DNA from: Candidatus Poribacteria bacterium
Lineage (GTDB): Bacteria; Poribacteria; WGA-4E; WGA-3G
Assembly: GCA_965214095.1 (NCBI GenBank)
Contig: OZ243938.1
Location: forward strand, 1,024,001 to 1,088,000
Direction: 5' to 3'
DNA: 64,000 nt
Shown: positions 9,070-17,907 of the stretch, in pieces
How positions within the stretch are numbered: position 1 is the first letter of the stretch
How the letters are laid out: the number at the start of each line of letters is the position of its first letter
The notes under the pieces: generated by a model
Seen by the model: the letters and a program-made list of their open reading frames with translations, nothing else
The model's database searches: none
What the model was told of the DNA's origin: nothing
Made by a program: the position numbers and the translations under genes

Positions 9070-10404
9070 ATGACATTAGAGCAGGTGAAATCATTTGTTG
9101 GTGAAAACGGGGTGGAGTTTTTCCTCTGTTCATTTGTAGAAATGAGTGGAACACCAAAAGCGAAGGTTATTCCTGCAACACACCTTCAGGATATGGCAAA
9201 AGATGGTGCAGGTTTTGGAGGATTTGCAGCTGGTGAGATAGGACAAGGTCCACATGATCCTGAGATGGCATGTATTCCTGACTTTAATTCACTGACAATC
9301 GTACCGTGGCGGAATAACTTAGCCTGGGTTGCTGGAGATATGTTTGTTGAAGGGAAATCATGGCACTATTGTCCACGAACTATTCTGCGAAACCAACTGG
9401 AAAAAGCAAAACAGAATGGATACATATTTAATGTTGGTATTGAAGCGGAATTCATGCTTTTGAAACAGGATGAAGGCGGACAATATCTACCTTGGGATAC
9501 ACTTGATAGTTTGGATAAACCGTGTTACGACTTAAAAGCGTTATACCGCAACCTTGATATGATGACAAGTTTGATAAAATACATGCAGGAATTGGGTTGG
9601 CAACCTTACGCCAATGACCATGAAGATGGCACATGTCAGTATGAAGTCAATTGGATATACTCCGATGCCTTGACAACTGCTGACCGACATACTTTCTTTA
9701 AATGGATGGTTAAAACGGTTGCTGAAGAACGTGGGTTGTTAGCGACATTTATGCCAAAACCTTTTACCAACCTAACCGGAAACGGTGCTCATTTTCACAT
9801 GAGCCTTTGGGATGAAGAAAATCATACAAATCTATTTCTTGATGAAAATGATACGAATGGTATATCTCAACTTGCGTATTGGTTCACGGGTGGTATTCTC
9901 AAACATGCACAAGCGATTACTGCGATTACAAATCCGCTTGTAAATAGTTACAAACGGTTAGTCCGAAGACCACCGAGATCGGGTGCATCTTGGGCACCGG
10001 TGTTTGTTACCTATGGTGCAAACAATCGTACACAGATGATTCGCATTCCTGCATCCGGACGCATTGAAAACCGATTAGGTGATGGTGCAGCAAATCCATA
10101 TCTTGCTGCAACTATACTCCTTGCTGCTGGTTTAGACGGTATTGACAACCAGATTGATCCGGGAGAGCAAAATGTGGACAATCTGTATGAGATTTCTGAA
10201 GAAGAATTGCAGCGGAGAGGCATTCATTCCCTACCTTCAACACTCAGTGATGCGATTGATGCCCTTGATGCCGATGATGTTATCAGAAACGCATTAGGAA
10301 CAGAATATGCTGACTATTATATTCGGGTAAAACGCGAAGAATGGCGTGACTACCATTTGAGTGTTAGCCAGTGGGAAACTGACAAATATATTGAAGTGTA
10401 TTAA
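9070..10404 (+). CDS. glnT: GlnT-type glutamine synthetase-like ligase (possible gamma-glutamylmethylamide synthetase GmaS)
   Basis: GAGFGGFA, KPCYD, NDHED, TFMPKPF, GNGAHFH, NNRTQMIRIP. Confidence 0.8.
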   Translation: MTLEQVKSFVGENGVEFFLCSFVEMSGTPKAKVIPATHLQDMAKDGAGFGGFAAGEIGQGPHDPEMACIPDFNSLTIVPWRNNLAWVAGDMFVEGKSWHYCPRTILRNQLEKAKQNGYIFNVGIEAEFMLLKQDEGGQYLPWDTLDSLDKPCYDLKALYRNLDMMTSLIKYMQELGWQPYANDHEDGTCQYEVNWIYSDALTTADRHTFFKWMVKTVAEERGLLATFMPKPFTNLTGNGAHFHMSLWDEENHTNLFLDENDTNGISQLAYWFTGGILKHAQAITAITNPLVNSYKRLVRRPPRSGASWAPVFVTYGANNRTQMIRIPASGRIENRLGDGAANPYLAATILLAAGLDGIDNQIDPGEQNVDNLYEISEEELQRRGIHSLPSTLSDAIDALDADDVIRNALGTEYADYYIRVKREEWRDYHLSVSQWETDKYIEVY

Positions 10405-10568
10405 GTAATTTGGTTCAATGATTCTTGTAGTGGTAATTCATGATCCATTTAGGAAGGATTTCAAGTCCTGCAAATTATGAAATTTAGTGTTTACAGATTT
10501 CACTACATTCTTGTATATATAGTTATGTATGTTGATAAACAATTGGATAGACAACATGGAGGTTAAAT

Positions 10569-11300
10569 ATGTCTCAAATAAAATCAGTGTTATTGTGGGA
10601 AAACCAAAGGCGATATGTGCGTGAGGCGATAGATGCTGGCACTCTCAAAGGTGCCATTATTCCCACGGGCAGCACAGAACAACACAACGAACATTTAGCA
10701 ATGTATCACGATACACAAAGTGCTGTGTATGTATCAAAGTTAGCAGCAGAGAAGTTATACCCGCAGGTAATAGTAACAACGCCTTTAGCCATCGGTGTAT
10801 CGGAACATTGGATGGATCATAAAGGCACACTCACACTTCGTGCAGAGGTGTTCGGTGAGGTGCTATACGATGTTGCAGATAGCATGCGTCGACATGGTGT
10901 TGAAAACATCCTAATTGTCAATGGACATGCTGGGAATGCTGGACCAGTGCATCAACGGTTAGATGGTTACAGAGAAAAACTGGGAATCAATATTGCTTTT
11001 CATTCTTATTGGGAAGCATACTCTGGTGAGTTAGTCCAAGAACAGATGGAGTCCGGTATCTGTCCGGGGCACGCAGCAGAATTTGAAACTGCGTTTGCAC
11101 TTGCTGCTTTCGCAGAAAACGTTGATTGGAATGGTGTTGATTACGACAGTGCGAAACTCACTATTTCCAATGAAGGACAAGCAAAATCTGACAGAGAATA
11201 TCATCATCAGGCAAAACTTGCTACTTCAGAAAGTGGTCAGGTAATGATTGATGTTGCAGTGGACTGGGTTGCAGAAAAGATGCAAGAGATGTTGGCATAG
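10569..11300 (+). CDS. Creatininase-family amidohydrolase
   Basis: PTGSTEQH, NGHAGN, GHAAEFET. Confidence 0.85.
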   Translation: MSQIKSVLLWENQRRYVREAIDAGTLKGAIIPTGSTEQHNEHLAMYHDTQSAVYVSKLAAEKLYPQVIVTTPLAIGVSEHWMDHKGTLTLRAEVFGEVLYDVADSMRRHGVENILIVNGHAGNAGPVHQRLDGYREKLGINIAFHSYWEAYSGELVQEQMESGICPGHAAEFETAFALAAFAENVDWNGVDYDSAKLTISNEGQAKSDREYHHQAKLATSESGQVMIDVAVDWVAEKMQEMLA

Positions 11301-11304
11301 TTTT

Positions 11305-11388
11305 GGTTGTCAGCGGTCAGTTAAAGGGGGACTTTGTTGACCAGAGTCCTCTATAACTGACAACTGACAACTGATGACTGACAACTGA
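11305..11388. repeat. Heptamer-based (CTGACAA)n long hairpin between convergent genes, probable bidirectional terminator
   Basis: GTTGTCAGCGGTCAGTTA-AGGGGGACTTTG...CAGAGTCCTCT-TAACTGACAACTGACAACTG. Confidence 0.7.
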
Positions 11389-11389
11389 T

Positions 11390-12190
11390 TTAATGTCCCT
11401 CAAGGGCTTTGCGTAATCCATCACCATGTTCGCGCCACCAACCGTAGAGAATAGATATATCTGTTCCGATACAGAAGTGTCTGACTCCCATATCAAGAAA
11501 TCGTTTTGCACCATCAGCACTACCAATCTCTGCCCGAGGCGGTACTCCCATCTTTAATGAGGTCTTGAACACTCTCTTCTCAGTTTCTTGGATTTCTGTA
11601 GAACCACGTTGACCAACCTTACCAATACTCATAGAATAATCTGAGCCACCCCACTGAATCATGTCAACACCTTCAACGGACAATACCTCTTCAAGATTGT
11701 CAACTGTCCCTTTCTTCTCAATCATAATAACAACGACGACATCTCGTAGTGCTTGAACATATTCTGGTCCGCCCCCATAACCCATATATGAGAATCTGCG
11801 CGTAGCAACACCGTAACTACCCCCATCTTCTGGCGTATCCGCTCGCGTAATTTTTACACACTCCTTCACATCTTCAACGTTTTGACAATCGGCATAGAGC
11901 ACACTCTGGAATCCAGAACCGATTGCGCGCTGTGCAATGAATCCCCGTGGTTCTTGGTCAACTTTTATCATCGTTGAAATATTATGGAGTTCAGCAGCTC
12001 TGCACAAATTATCTAAATCGTGTAGGTCAAATGGTCCGTATTCCCCAACAAATTCAACATAGTCATATAATCCTGTATGTCCAATTGCTTCAACGATGGA
12101 TGGCCAAGTTGTATGGATATGTGTTCCTACGGTTGGTTTGTCAGCATTAAGTAATTCACGAAAGGTATTTTTTCTCATTAATTCCCTCAA
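11390..12190 (-). CDS. HpcH/HpaI aldolase family protein
   Basis: IMIEKKG, VEGVDMIQWGGSDYSMS; start may be 12178. Confidence 0.85.
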   Translation of the reverse strand: MRELMRKNTFRELLNADKPTVGTHIHTTWPSIVEAIGHTGLYDYVEFVGEYGPFDLHDLDNLCRAAELHNISTMIKVDQEPRGFIAQRAIGSGFQSVLYADCQNVEDVKECVKITRADTPEDGGSYGVATRRFSYMGYGGGPEYVQALRDVVVVIMIEKKGTVDNLEEVLSVEGVDMIQWGGSDYSMSIGKVGQRGSTEIQETEKRVFKTSLKMGVPPRAEIGSADGAKRFLDMGVRHFCIGTDISILYGWWREHGDGLRKALEGH

Positions 12191-12353
12191 TAATTATGGT
12201 TTGATACAATCTGCAGTTTTGATGTTCCTGTATCTGAATGTCTCTATGTTAACAGTATTCCACACATTTTTCAACGAAAATACGTTTGCTAACGGTCGTA
12301 AAGTTTGTTAAACTGATAATGCATCGCATCTTGTAATATCACGGAGGAATCAC

Positions 12354-13139
12354 ATGAAAAGCTTGATTAAATTGCCTACAAATTTTGCAGATTATTTACA
12401 AATTGAAAACGCAGCGTTGCGTTTTAACGAAGCCACCGAAGTTGCTGAACATATTACGAGTGCAGGTGTAGAAATCTATCCAAACATGGATCACGCTGCC
12501 ATTTTTTGTGATCCACCTCACTGCGTCGCTGATGGTTTGAAACAACTCGGATATATAAATGGATGGGATGCGCGCTGTTATCCGTCTCCTGTTGATGGAT
12601 GTGACTATATCAATGTTTCTGCGCAGTTGTCCGCGGAGAGTCCTGCACGGAATGATGGTTGGTTTGACTACGTTGCTGTTGTGCATCCAGTGGACAAAAC
12701 CGCACTACAGCACATGCTTGGTCAGGGATATGGCAATCCGTTTATCCATCATCTGACATGGGGACTTCTGCCACCAGAACGTAATACACGAGATGATTTT
12801 GAATATGCAAACCATGTTGTTCCATTCATGGTTGAAAAACGAGAAGTTATCGGTAATGCAATTGGTGATGAACCTGGAACTCTAATAATCGCACTCCCAG
12901 AGAATGTGATTTCACATCCGAACTTTGAAGATGTGCTTCCAGAATGGATTGGTGATCTTGATACTGATGAATATCAGGTTGAATCGATGCAGGGTGGTGG
13001 TTTTCTTATTCAGTTTTTTGTATTGACAGGGGGCAGGATTGAAGTGGCGTTACGTGTTGATACTACGCAGACATTTAATCCAAAGAGTGTCCATAAGATA
13101 TCTGAAGACGAGATTAGTGCTGTGCAAGACGAAAAGTGA
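12354..13139 (+). CDS. Hypothetical VOC/HPPD-like metalloenzyme
   Basis: GGAGG RBS; DHAA, IHHLTW and FLIQFF...RIEVALR...TFNP motifs. Confidence 0.55.
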   Translation: MKSLIKLPTNFADYLQIENAALRFNEATEVAEHITSAGVEIYPNMDHAAIFCDPPHCVADGLKQLGYINGWDARCYPSPVDGCDYINVSAQLSAESPARNDGWFDYVAVVHPVDKTALQHMLGQGYGNPFIHHLTWGLLPPERNTRDDFEYANHVVPFMVEKREVIGNAIGDEPGTLIIALPENVISHPNFEDVLPEWIGDLDTDEYQVESMQGGGFLIQFFVLTGGRIEVALRVDTTQTFNPKSVHKISEDEISAVQDEK

Positions 13140-13254
13140 GATTATCACTTTGTCAGTTCACTTGGCGATAAGGGAATTTTGGTCTATACACTATAACATA
13201 AAATTCATACATTGGAAGGTTAGGAAAATATGACACGGAAGGAGGTCCTTTGTA

Positions 13255-13860
13255 ATGGTTTATAGCAATTTTACCTTAGAAACAGTTCGGAAGGAATTTC
13301 AGTTAGAAACGGTCCAGTCCATAGGCATTTTTGGGAATGTACAACCGGTGAGTCCGCGCGAACATTTTACATCAGATCTTGCCAAAAAGGTATCAGTAGC
13401 CTCTGCCGTAAACACAGAAAAGGCAAGGTCAGAACTGATTGTCGTAGATGTTCTGTTTGAGCTTCTTGAGCATTTTAATCAACGTATCAGTCTCTTTTCA
13501 GGCATTGAGTTCAACGTTGATGTGGAAGAGGGTTTGACCGGCGTGTGTGATTTTCTGATAAGCAAATCACCAGATCAACTCTCTTTAGAGGCACCCATTA
13601 TTATCCTTGTTGAGGCAAAGAAGGAAGATTTAACAGCAGGACTTGAACAGTGTGTTGCAGAAATGATCGCCGCACAACGTTATAACGCGGAAAAAGGGAA
13701 CGACATTCCCCGCATTTACGGCACTACCACATCAGGGACAGATTGGCGATTTCTTAAATTGGAGGAACTCACACTGCATATTGATACCGCACCCTACCAA
13801 ATCGTACAATGCGACAAAATCCTCGGCATCCTCGTGAGTATGGTAAAACAACAAGTATAA
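13255..13860 (+). CDS. PD-(D/E)XK nuclease-like hypothetical protein (HsdR_N-like)
   Basis: TEKARSE, GVCDF, LVEAKK, QCVAEM, YGTTTSGTDWRFL. Confidence 0.7.
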   Translation: MVYSNFTLETVRKEFQLETVQSIGIFGNVQPVSPREHFTSDLAKKVSVASAVNTEKARSELIVVDVLFELLEHFNQRISLFSGIEFNVDVEEGLTGVCDFLISKSPDQLSLEAPIIILVEAKKEDLTAGLEQCVAEMIAAQRYNAEKGNDIPRIYGTTTSGTDWRFLKLEELTLHIDTAPYQIVQCDKILGILVSMVKQQV

Positions 13861-14010
13861 GGTATTCCAAGAAGTGAAAATCTAATTCGAGAGTGGGTCG
13901 TTGAACGAATTGCAGCAAGATAGACATGTAATAGTTTTATTTGGACGAAAACACGACTGGAACAATCTATGAAGATTGTTTCGTAACTCTAATCAATAGG
14001 AAAATGTAGA

Positions 14011-14247
14011 ATGGTCTATGTTATATGTTCGGCAGTGTTTATTGTAATCTGCTTAGGTTTTGTCTTCTGGACTAATTTATTTTCAACAAATGGAGAGGGC
14101 CCAACAGATGAAGGGGGCTGCCTTAATCTCATAGTTGGTTTATTTTTGGGTTGTTTTTTAGCAGTAATCGTTATTCTTTTTGCCGCTGCAGTCATCTTCT
14201 TCGTGACAGGTTGTATAAAATATGCAATCGAACTCATCAACCCATGA
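14011..14247 (+). CDS. Small two-TM membrane protein
   Basis: 78 aa, two hydrophobic helices. Confidence 0.5.
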   Translation: MVYVICSAVFIVICLGFVFWTNLFSTNGEGPTDEGGCLNLIVGLFLGCFLAVIVILFAAAVIFFVTGCIKYAIELINP

Positions 14248-14269
14248 CACATAGAATTAGGGTTATTTA

Positions 14270-14384
14270 TAGTGGAATTTACAATTAATAGGACACGCCT
14301 AAGAGGACGAGGTTACCTCGCCCCTACGGGACTTGTGGTACTGGCAAGTGCATTGAAATGTCTTCTTAATTCTAAACTTTACTA
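14270..14384. mobile_element. Correia-like (IS630-type) MITE with TA duplication
   Basis: TA|TAGTGGAATTTACAATTAA ... TTAATTCTAAACTTTACTA|TA; REP-like core GAGGACGAGGTTACCTCGCCCCTAC. Confidence 0.8.
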
Positions 14385-14426
14385 TAGTTTTAAGAATTCG
14401 TGATTATTGATATTAACTTGTTGTTA

Positions 14427-14558
14427 TAGTAAAACGGACAATTAATGAAACATATTGTCCCAATTGCCTATTCATATAATGTCCGAGGCGCAATGAATTG
14501 CGCGACTACAAACGCGTTTTTCTAAATGTAAATGTATTGTTAATTTCAAATTTCACTA
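14427..14558. mobile_element. Correia-like (IS630-type) MITE with TA duplication
   Basis: TA|TAGTAAAACGGACAATTAA ... TTAATTTCAAATTTCACTA|TA; core GCGCAATGAATTGCGCGACTAC. Confidence 0.8.
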
Positions 14559-14865
14559 TAAGTCCCTGCATCGGTCTCATCACTGAATTTATTGGATATA
14601 TTGATTCTTGTCTGAACCAGGATTTACAGGATTGTTAGATTTACAGGATAAGAGTCTGAAACATCAAAGTGCCATCCAGAAAATAAACGTCAAACTGGGA
14701 ATAGGAACTTTGGAGTACCAAACGCATAATCCTGAAAATCTGTCCATCCTGAAAATCCTGGTTCAGACAAATAGGAATACAAACCCATACTGAATTTAAC
14801 GTTTGTGAATAATATTGAACAAAAATCCTAAAACTAAATATCCCTGGCATTGACATTAGATAATC

Positions 14866-14894
14866 TTGACACCACCATAGAAATTTGGTATTAT
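14866..14894 (+). promoter_or_regulatory. sigma70-type promoter
   Basis: TTGACA-17 bp-TATTAT with TG extension. Confidence 0.65.
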
Positions 14895-14943
14895 GTAAGA
14901 GATGTTGTAATGTATTTTAAATGTATATGTAGACATAGATTCG

Positions 14944-15912
14944 GTGAACAATATGCCAGCAAATCTACCGCCAACCTACTATAAACTCAAACACCAACAT
15001 GAAGCAGCAAAATCAGATGAAGAACGGCTGAGTCTGTTAGAGGAAATGCTGCGAATTGTTCCAAAACATAAAGGCACAGAAAAAGTAGTATCGGATTTAC
15101 GTAAACGAATCGCAGTCCTGAAAAAAGGACCATCAGGTAAAGGTGGTAAAGGGGCAGGCAAAAAGGGGTATAGTGAACATATACCGAAACAGGGAGCAGG
15201 ACAACTTGTGATGTTAGGTCCACCCAACAGTGGGAAATCACAGATACTTGCCAACTGGACAAAAGCGAAATCTGAAGTATCACCGACACCATACACTACG
15301 ACGATGCCGATTGTAGGGATGCTTCCCTATGAGAATATACAATTCCAACTGATTGACACCCCTTCAATACTGGAGGATTTTATCTCTCCTGCAGTATTAA
15401 CATTGGTCAGAAATGCTGATTTGTGTTTAGGTGTAATAAGTCTTGCGAACGATAATCTTTTAGATGAATTAGATTTTGTTCTGTCAGTTTTCAACGAGCA
15501 AAGAGGAGATGTTGATGGAGATGAGTTAGGATATATCTTTGTTGCGAATCAGCTTGATGCACCAGATGCTAATGATAGATTAGAGATACTATCTGAGTTT
15601 TATGGTGATGATGTGCCTATCTATGCAATCTCTGCTGAGACAGGAGAGGGCAAAGAAGAGTTATTACAAGGTTTATATGATATATTGGACATCGTTCGTG
15701 TTTATCCGAAAGCACCGGGAAAATCTGTAGAACGGGATGACCCTATTGTTTTACCGAACGGTGCAACTGTACTTGATGCTGCCCTCGGTCTACACAAAGA
15801 TTTTGCGGAATTCAAACTCGCACGAATATGGGGACCAGAATGGCACGATGGACAGCCAGTTAGTCGAAACGATGTAATATATGATGGTGATGTGGTTGAA
15901 TTCCATTTATAA
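14944..15912 (+). CDS. DRG/OBG-like GTPase with C-terminal TGS domain
   Basis: MPANLPP...PKHKGTEK N-terminus, GPPNSGKS, PYTT, DTPS, TGS ending DGDVVEFH; start probably 14953. Confidence 0.85.
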   Translation: MNNMPANLPPTYYKLKHQHEAAKSDEERLSLLEEMLRIVPKHKGTEKVVSDLRKRIAVLKKGPSGKGGKGAGKKGYSEHIPKQGAGQLVMLGPPNSGKSQILANWTKAKSEVSPTPYTTTMPIVGMLPYENIQFQLIDTPSILEDFISPAVLTLVRNADLCLGVISLANDNLLDELDFVLSVFNEQRGDVDGDELGYIFVANQLDAPDANDRLEILSEFYGDDVPIYAISAETGEGKEELLQGLYDILDIVRVYPKAPGKSVERDDPIVLPNGATVLDAALGLHKDFAEFKLARIWGPEWHDGQPVSRNDVIYDGDVVEFHL

Positions 15913-15923
15913 TTGAAAAATAT

Positions 15924-16199
15924 TTGAATAATGAAAAAAGGAGAATTGTTGTGGTAACCAAGATACAAAAAACTGATAATTGTGATAGTATCTATTTTAC
16001 AAAGACAATGTTGGACGAAGCAAAAATCAAAGCGGGGGATGAAGTCCAGGTAACAATTCAAAATGGTAGGATAATTGTTGAAACTCGTGCTATAGCAAGA
16101 AAACGAATTGATTTACAGGAGTTACTTGCCGAAATGCCCGAAGAATATCAACCAGAGGAAACAGATTGGGGTAACCCCGTTGGTAAAGAGGTATGGTAG
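15924..16199 (+). CDS. mazE: MazE/AbrB-family antitoxin
   Basis: GDEVQVTIQNGRIIV...LQELLAEMP...DWGNPVGKEVW; start probably GTG 15951. Confidence 0.8.
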   Translation: MNNEKRRIVVVTKIQKTDNCDSIYFTKTMLDEAKIKAGDEVQVTIQNGRIIVETRAIARKRIDLQELLAEMPEEYQPEETDWGNPVGKEVW

Positions 16200-16290
16200 A
16201 TGCGAAGGTATATTCCAGAGAAAGGAGATTTCGTCGTCTATCATTCGATCCACAATCAGGATATTAACAGAGAGGAAGACGCCTGCAATG
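16200..16290 (+). pseudogene. mazF: Truncated, frameshifted MazF toxin
   Basis: MRRYIPEKGDFVV, then in a shifted frame SFDPQSGY*QRGRR (cf. FDPQxGHEQxGRRP); remainder missing. Confidence 0.8.
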
Positions 16291-17883
16291 AACAACAAAA
16301 AGCGGAAACATCCATTCCTTATCTATTCTCTGTTAATCCACATTATTCTTCTATTTTGTTTGTGGTGGTATTCTCCAACAGACATAGCACAACCAGATTT
16401 CAGACCTAGCATAGTTGGAGAACTTGTGCCAATTCAACGCATTATTATTAAACCCAAACCACCTGAGGTCGTGGAAATACCTATCCCTACAAAGAACGAT
16501 AATTCTAATGAAGAAGAAGTGGAAACCACTCCTACGCCACCGAAACCAACCGTTGATATAAACACAGCACTGTTGAATATTGATAGTTTTGAAGAAATGG
16601 AAGCAACATCAGAAAGACGGACACAAGAAAACATCAATGTCCCACCCGAAGATGCAAGAAACGATGGAGAAGACATTCACACATTACGACATACAAATAT
16701 AACACAGAAACCACACACACATAACACAGCTGTCAAAGTTAATCGTGACCAATTTACACTGACATCTACATCAAAAAATACCATTCAAACACCAAATGTA
16801 GACACAAGTGCAATCAATTTAGTGGTAAGTGGCACATTGAGTGGTGTATCCCCAAAGGCAGGTGCACCACAAATCCATTACGGTAGTAAGCGAGGCGATG
16901 CCTTCCGAGCTACTGGTATGGGAAATACTTGGGGTGGTAGTAGCACATCAGGTGGTAGAAAAGTCGGTGGGATTTATATCAAGATGATGAAAGACATTGC
17001 TGGTCAACTTACATCAGCGACAACTGCAGATAAGGTTGATATAGTCTTTCTGCTCGATGAAACCGCAAGTATGATGGACAATATCCGTGGGATTCGTGCA
17101 TATTTTGACTTTGTGTTTGATGCCTTCCAGCGAGAAAAACGAGATGCCGCCTACGGATTGGTGACATTCACAGATAAGGTAAAAACTTATGGGTTAACGA
17201 CAGACTTCGGCAAATTCAAGAATTTGTTGTTCAAGATTGATGTTGATCGTGGTGGAGATATGTCGGAAGGAGGTTTAGACGCATTGATGGATGCTGTCAA
17301 TAAGATGCGATTCAGACGAAATGCACAACGTTTCTTTATACTCGCTAGTGATGCTGCCTTTCATGATGCCGATTTTGATGGCAAGTCACAATATAGTCTT
17401 GATGAAGTCATCTCCACCTTGCAAAAGGAGCAAATTCGTGTTGAGGTGATTGGTCTTGATTATCTGCCGATCAAACAGATTGCAATAGCCACAGGTGGAA
17501 CGTGGCGTGTAATACCTGGAAGAGGGTATTTGGAATATATACCTCCGATAACGCTTACGGAGAAAATGCTATCTAAATTGGGAACGCTCAGTATTGATAA
17601 AGAGACTTTAGGAGATAGAATCACGGTATATGTCAACAATCCACCTCGTCCGAAGCATGTGACACTAACGTGGAAGGTACTCAATCCATTAGGCGAGAGA
17701 TGTTACGGTCCTTTCAGTGAAAAGAGAACAGTACCAGTTGACACTTCAAAATATATAGAATTTACGCCTCTTCTTGAAAGTAATACATTTCAAAAAATGC
17801 AAGGGACATATACCGTAATTTATCGTCTGCAAAACGATCAAGGACACAAGAGTATTCTTCGTAGGACATATACATATAAGTAA
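16288..17883 (+). CDS. Membrane-anchored von Willebrand factor A domain protein
   Basis: TM SLLIHIILL, Pro-rich linker, MIDAS DETASM, SEGGLDAL, ASDAAFH. Confidence 0.85.
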   Translation: MNNKKRKHPFLIYSLLIHIILLFCLWWYSPTDIAQPDFRPSIVGELVPIQRIIIKPKPPEVVEIPIPTKNDNSNEEEVETTPTPPKPTVDINTALLNIDSFEEMEATSERRTQENINVPPEDARNDGEDIHTLRHTNITQKPHTHNTAVKVNRDQFTLTSTSKNTIQTPNVDTSAINLVVSGTLSGVSPKAGAPQIHYGSKRGDAFRATGMGNTWGGSSTSGGRKVGGIYIKMMKDIAGQLTSATTADKVDIVFLLDETASMMDNIRGIRAYFDFVFDAFQREKRDAAYGLVTFTDKVKTYGLTTDFGKFKNLLFKIDVDRGGDMSEGGLDALMDAVNKMRFRRNAQRFFILASDAAFHDADFDGKSQYSLDEVISTLQKEQIRVEVIGLDYLPIKQIAIATGGTWRVIPGRGYLEYIPPITLTEKMLSKLGTLSIDKETLGDRITVYVNNPPRPKHVTLTWKVLNPLGERCYGPFSEKRTVPVDTSKYIEFTPLLESNTFQKMQGTYTVIYRLQNDQGHKSILRRTYTYK

Positions 17884-17907
17884 TAGACAAGGTGAAATTT
17901 AGATAAT

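Larger units (their letters stand above)
14258..14846. mobile_element. CAGGG-ended MITE, copy 1 (interrupted by two TA-MITE insertions)
   Basis: Collinear with 28148-28485 once 14270-14386 and 14427-14560 are removed; ends TAGGGTTATTTA / AAAACTAAATATCCCTG. Confidence 0.85.

Noticed and set aside
13861-13923. Possible CopG-like antitoxin tail (SENLIREWVVERIAAR*)
   Set aside because: Too short to support a call
14608-14856. ORFs 14608-14793, 14641-14856 and the similar 28382-28579
   Set aside because: They lie within the repeated MITE; their similarity reflects the DNA repeat, not a protein family
16108-16409. N-terminal 60 aa of ORF 16108 and full-length ORF 16200-16409
   Set aside because: They overlap mazE and the mazF remnant; the VWA gene more plausibly starts at 16288, and ORF 16200 is MazF-like only for its first 13 codons
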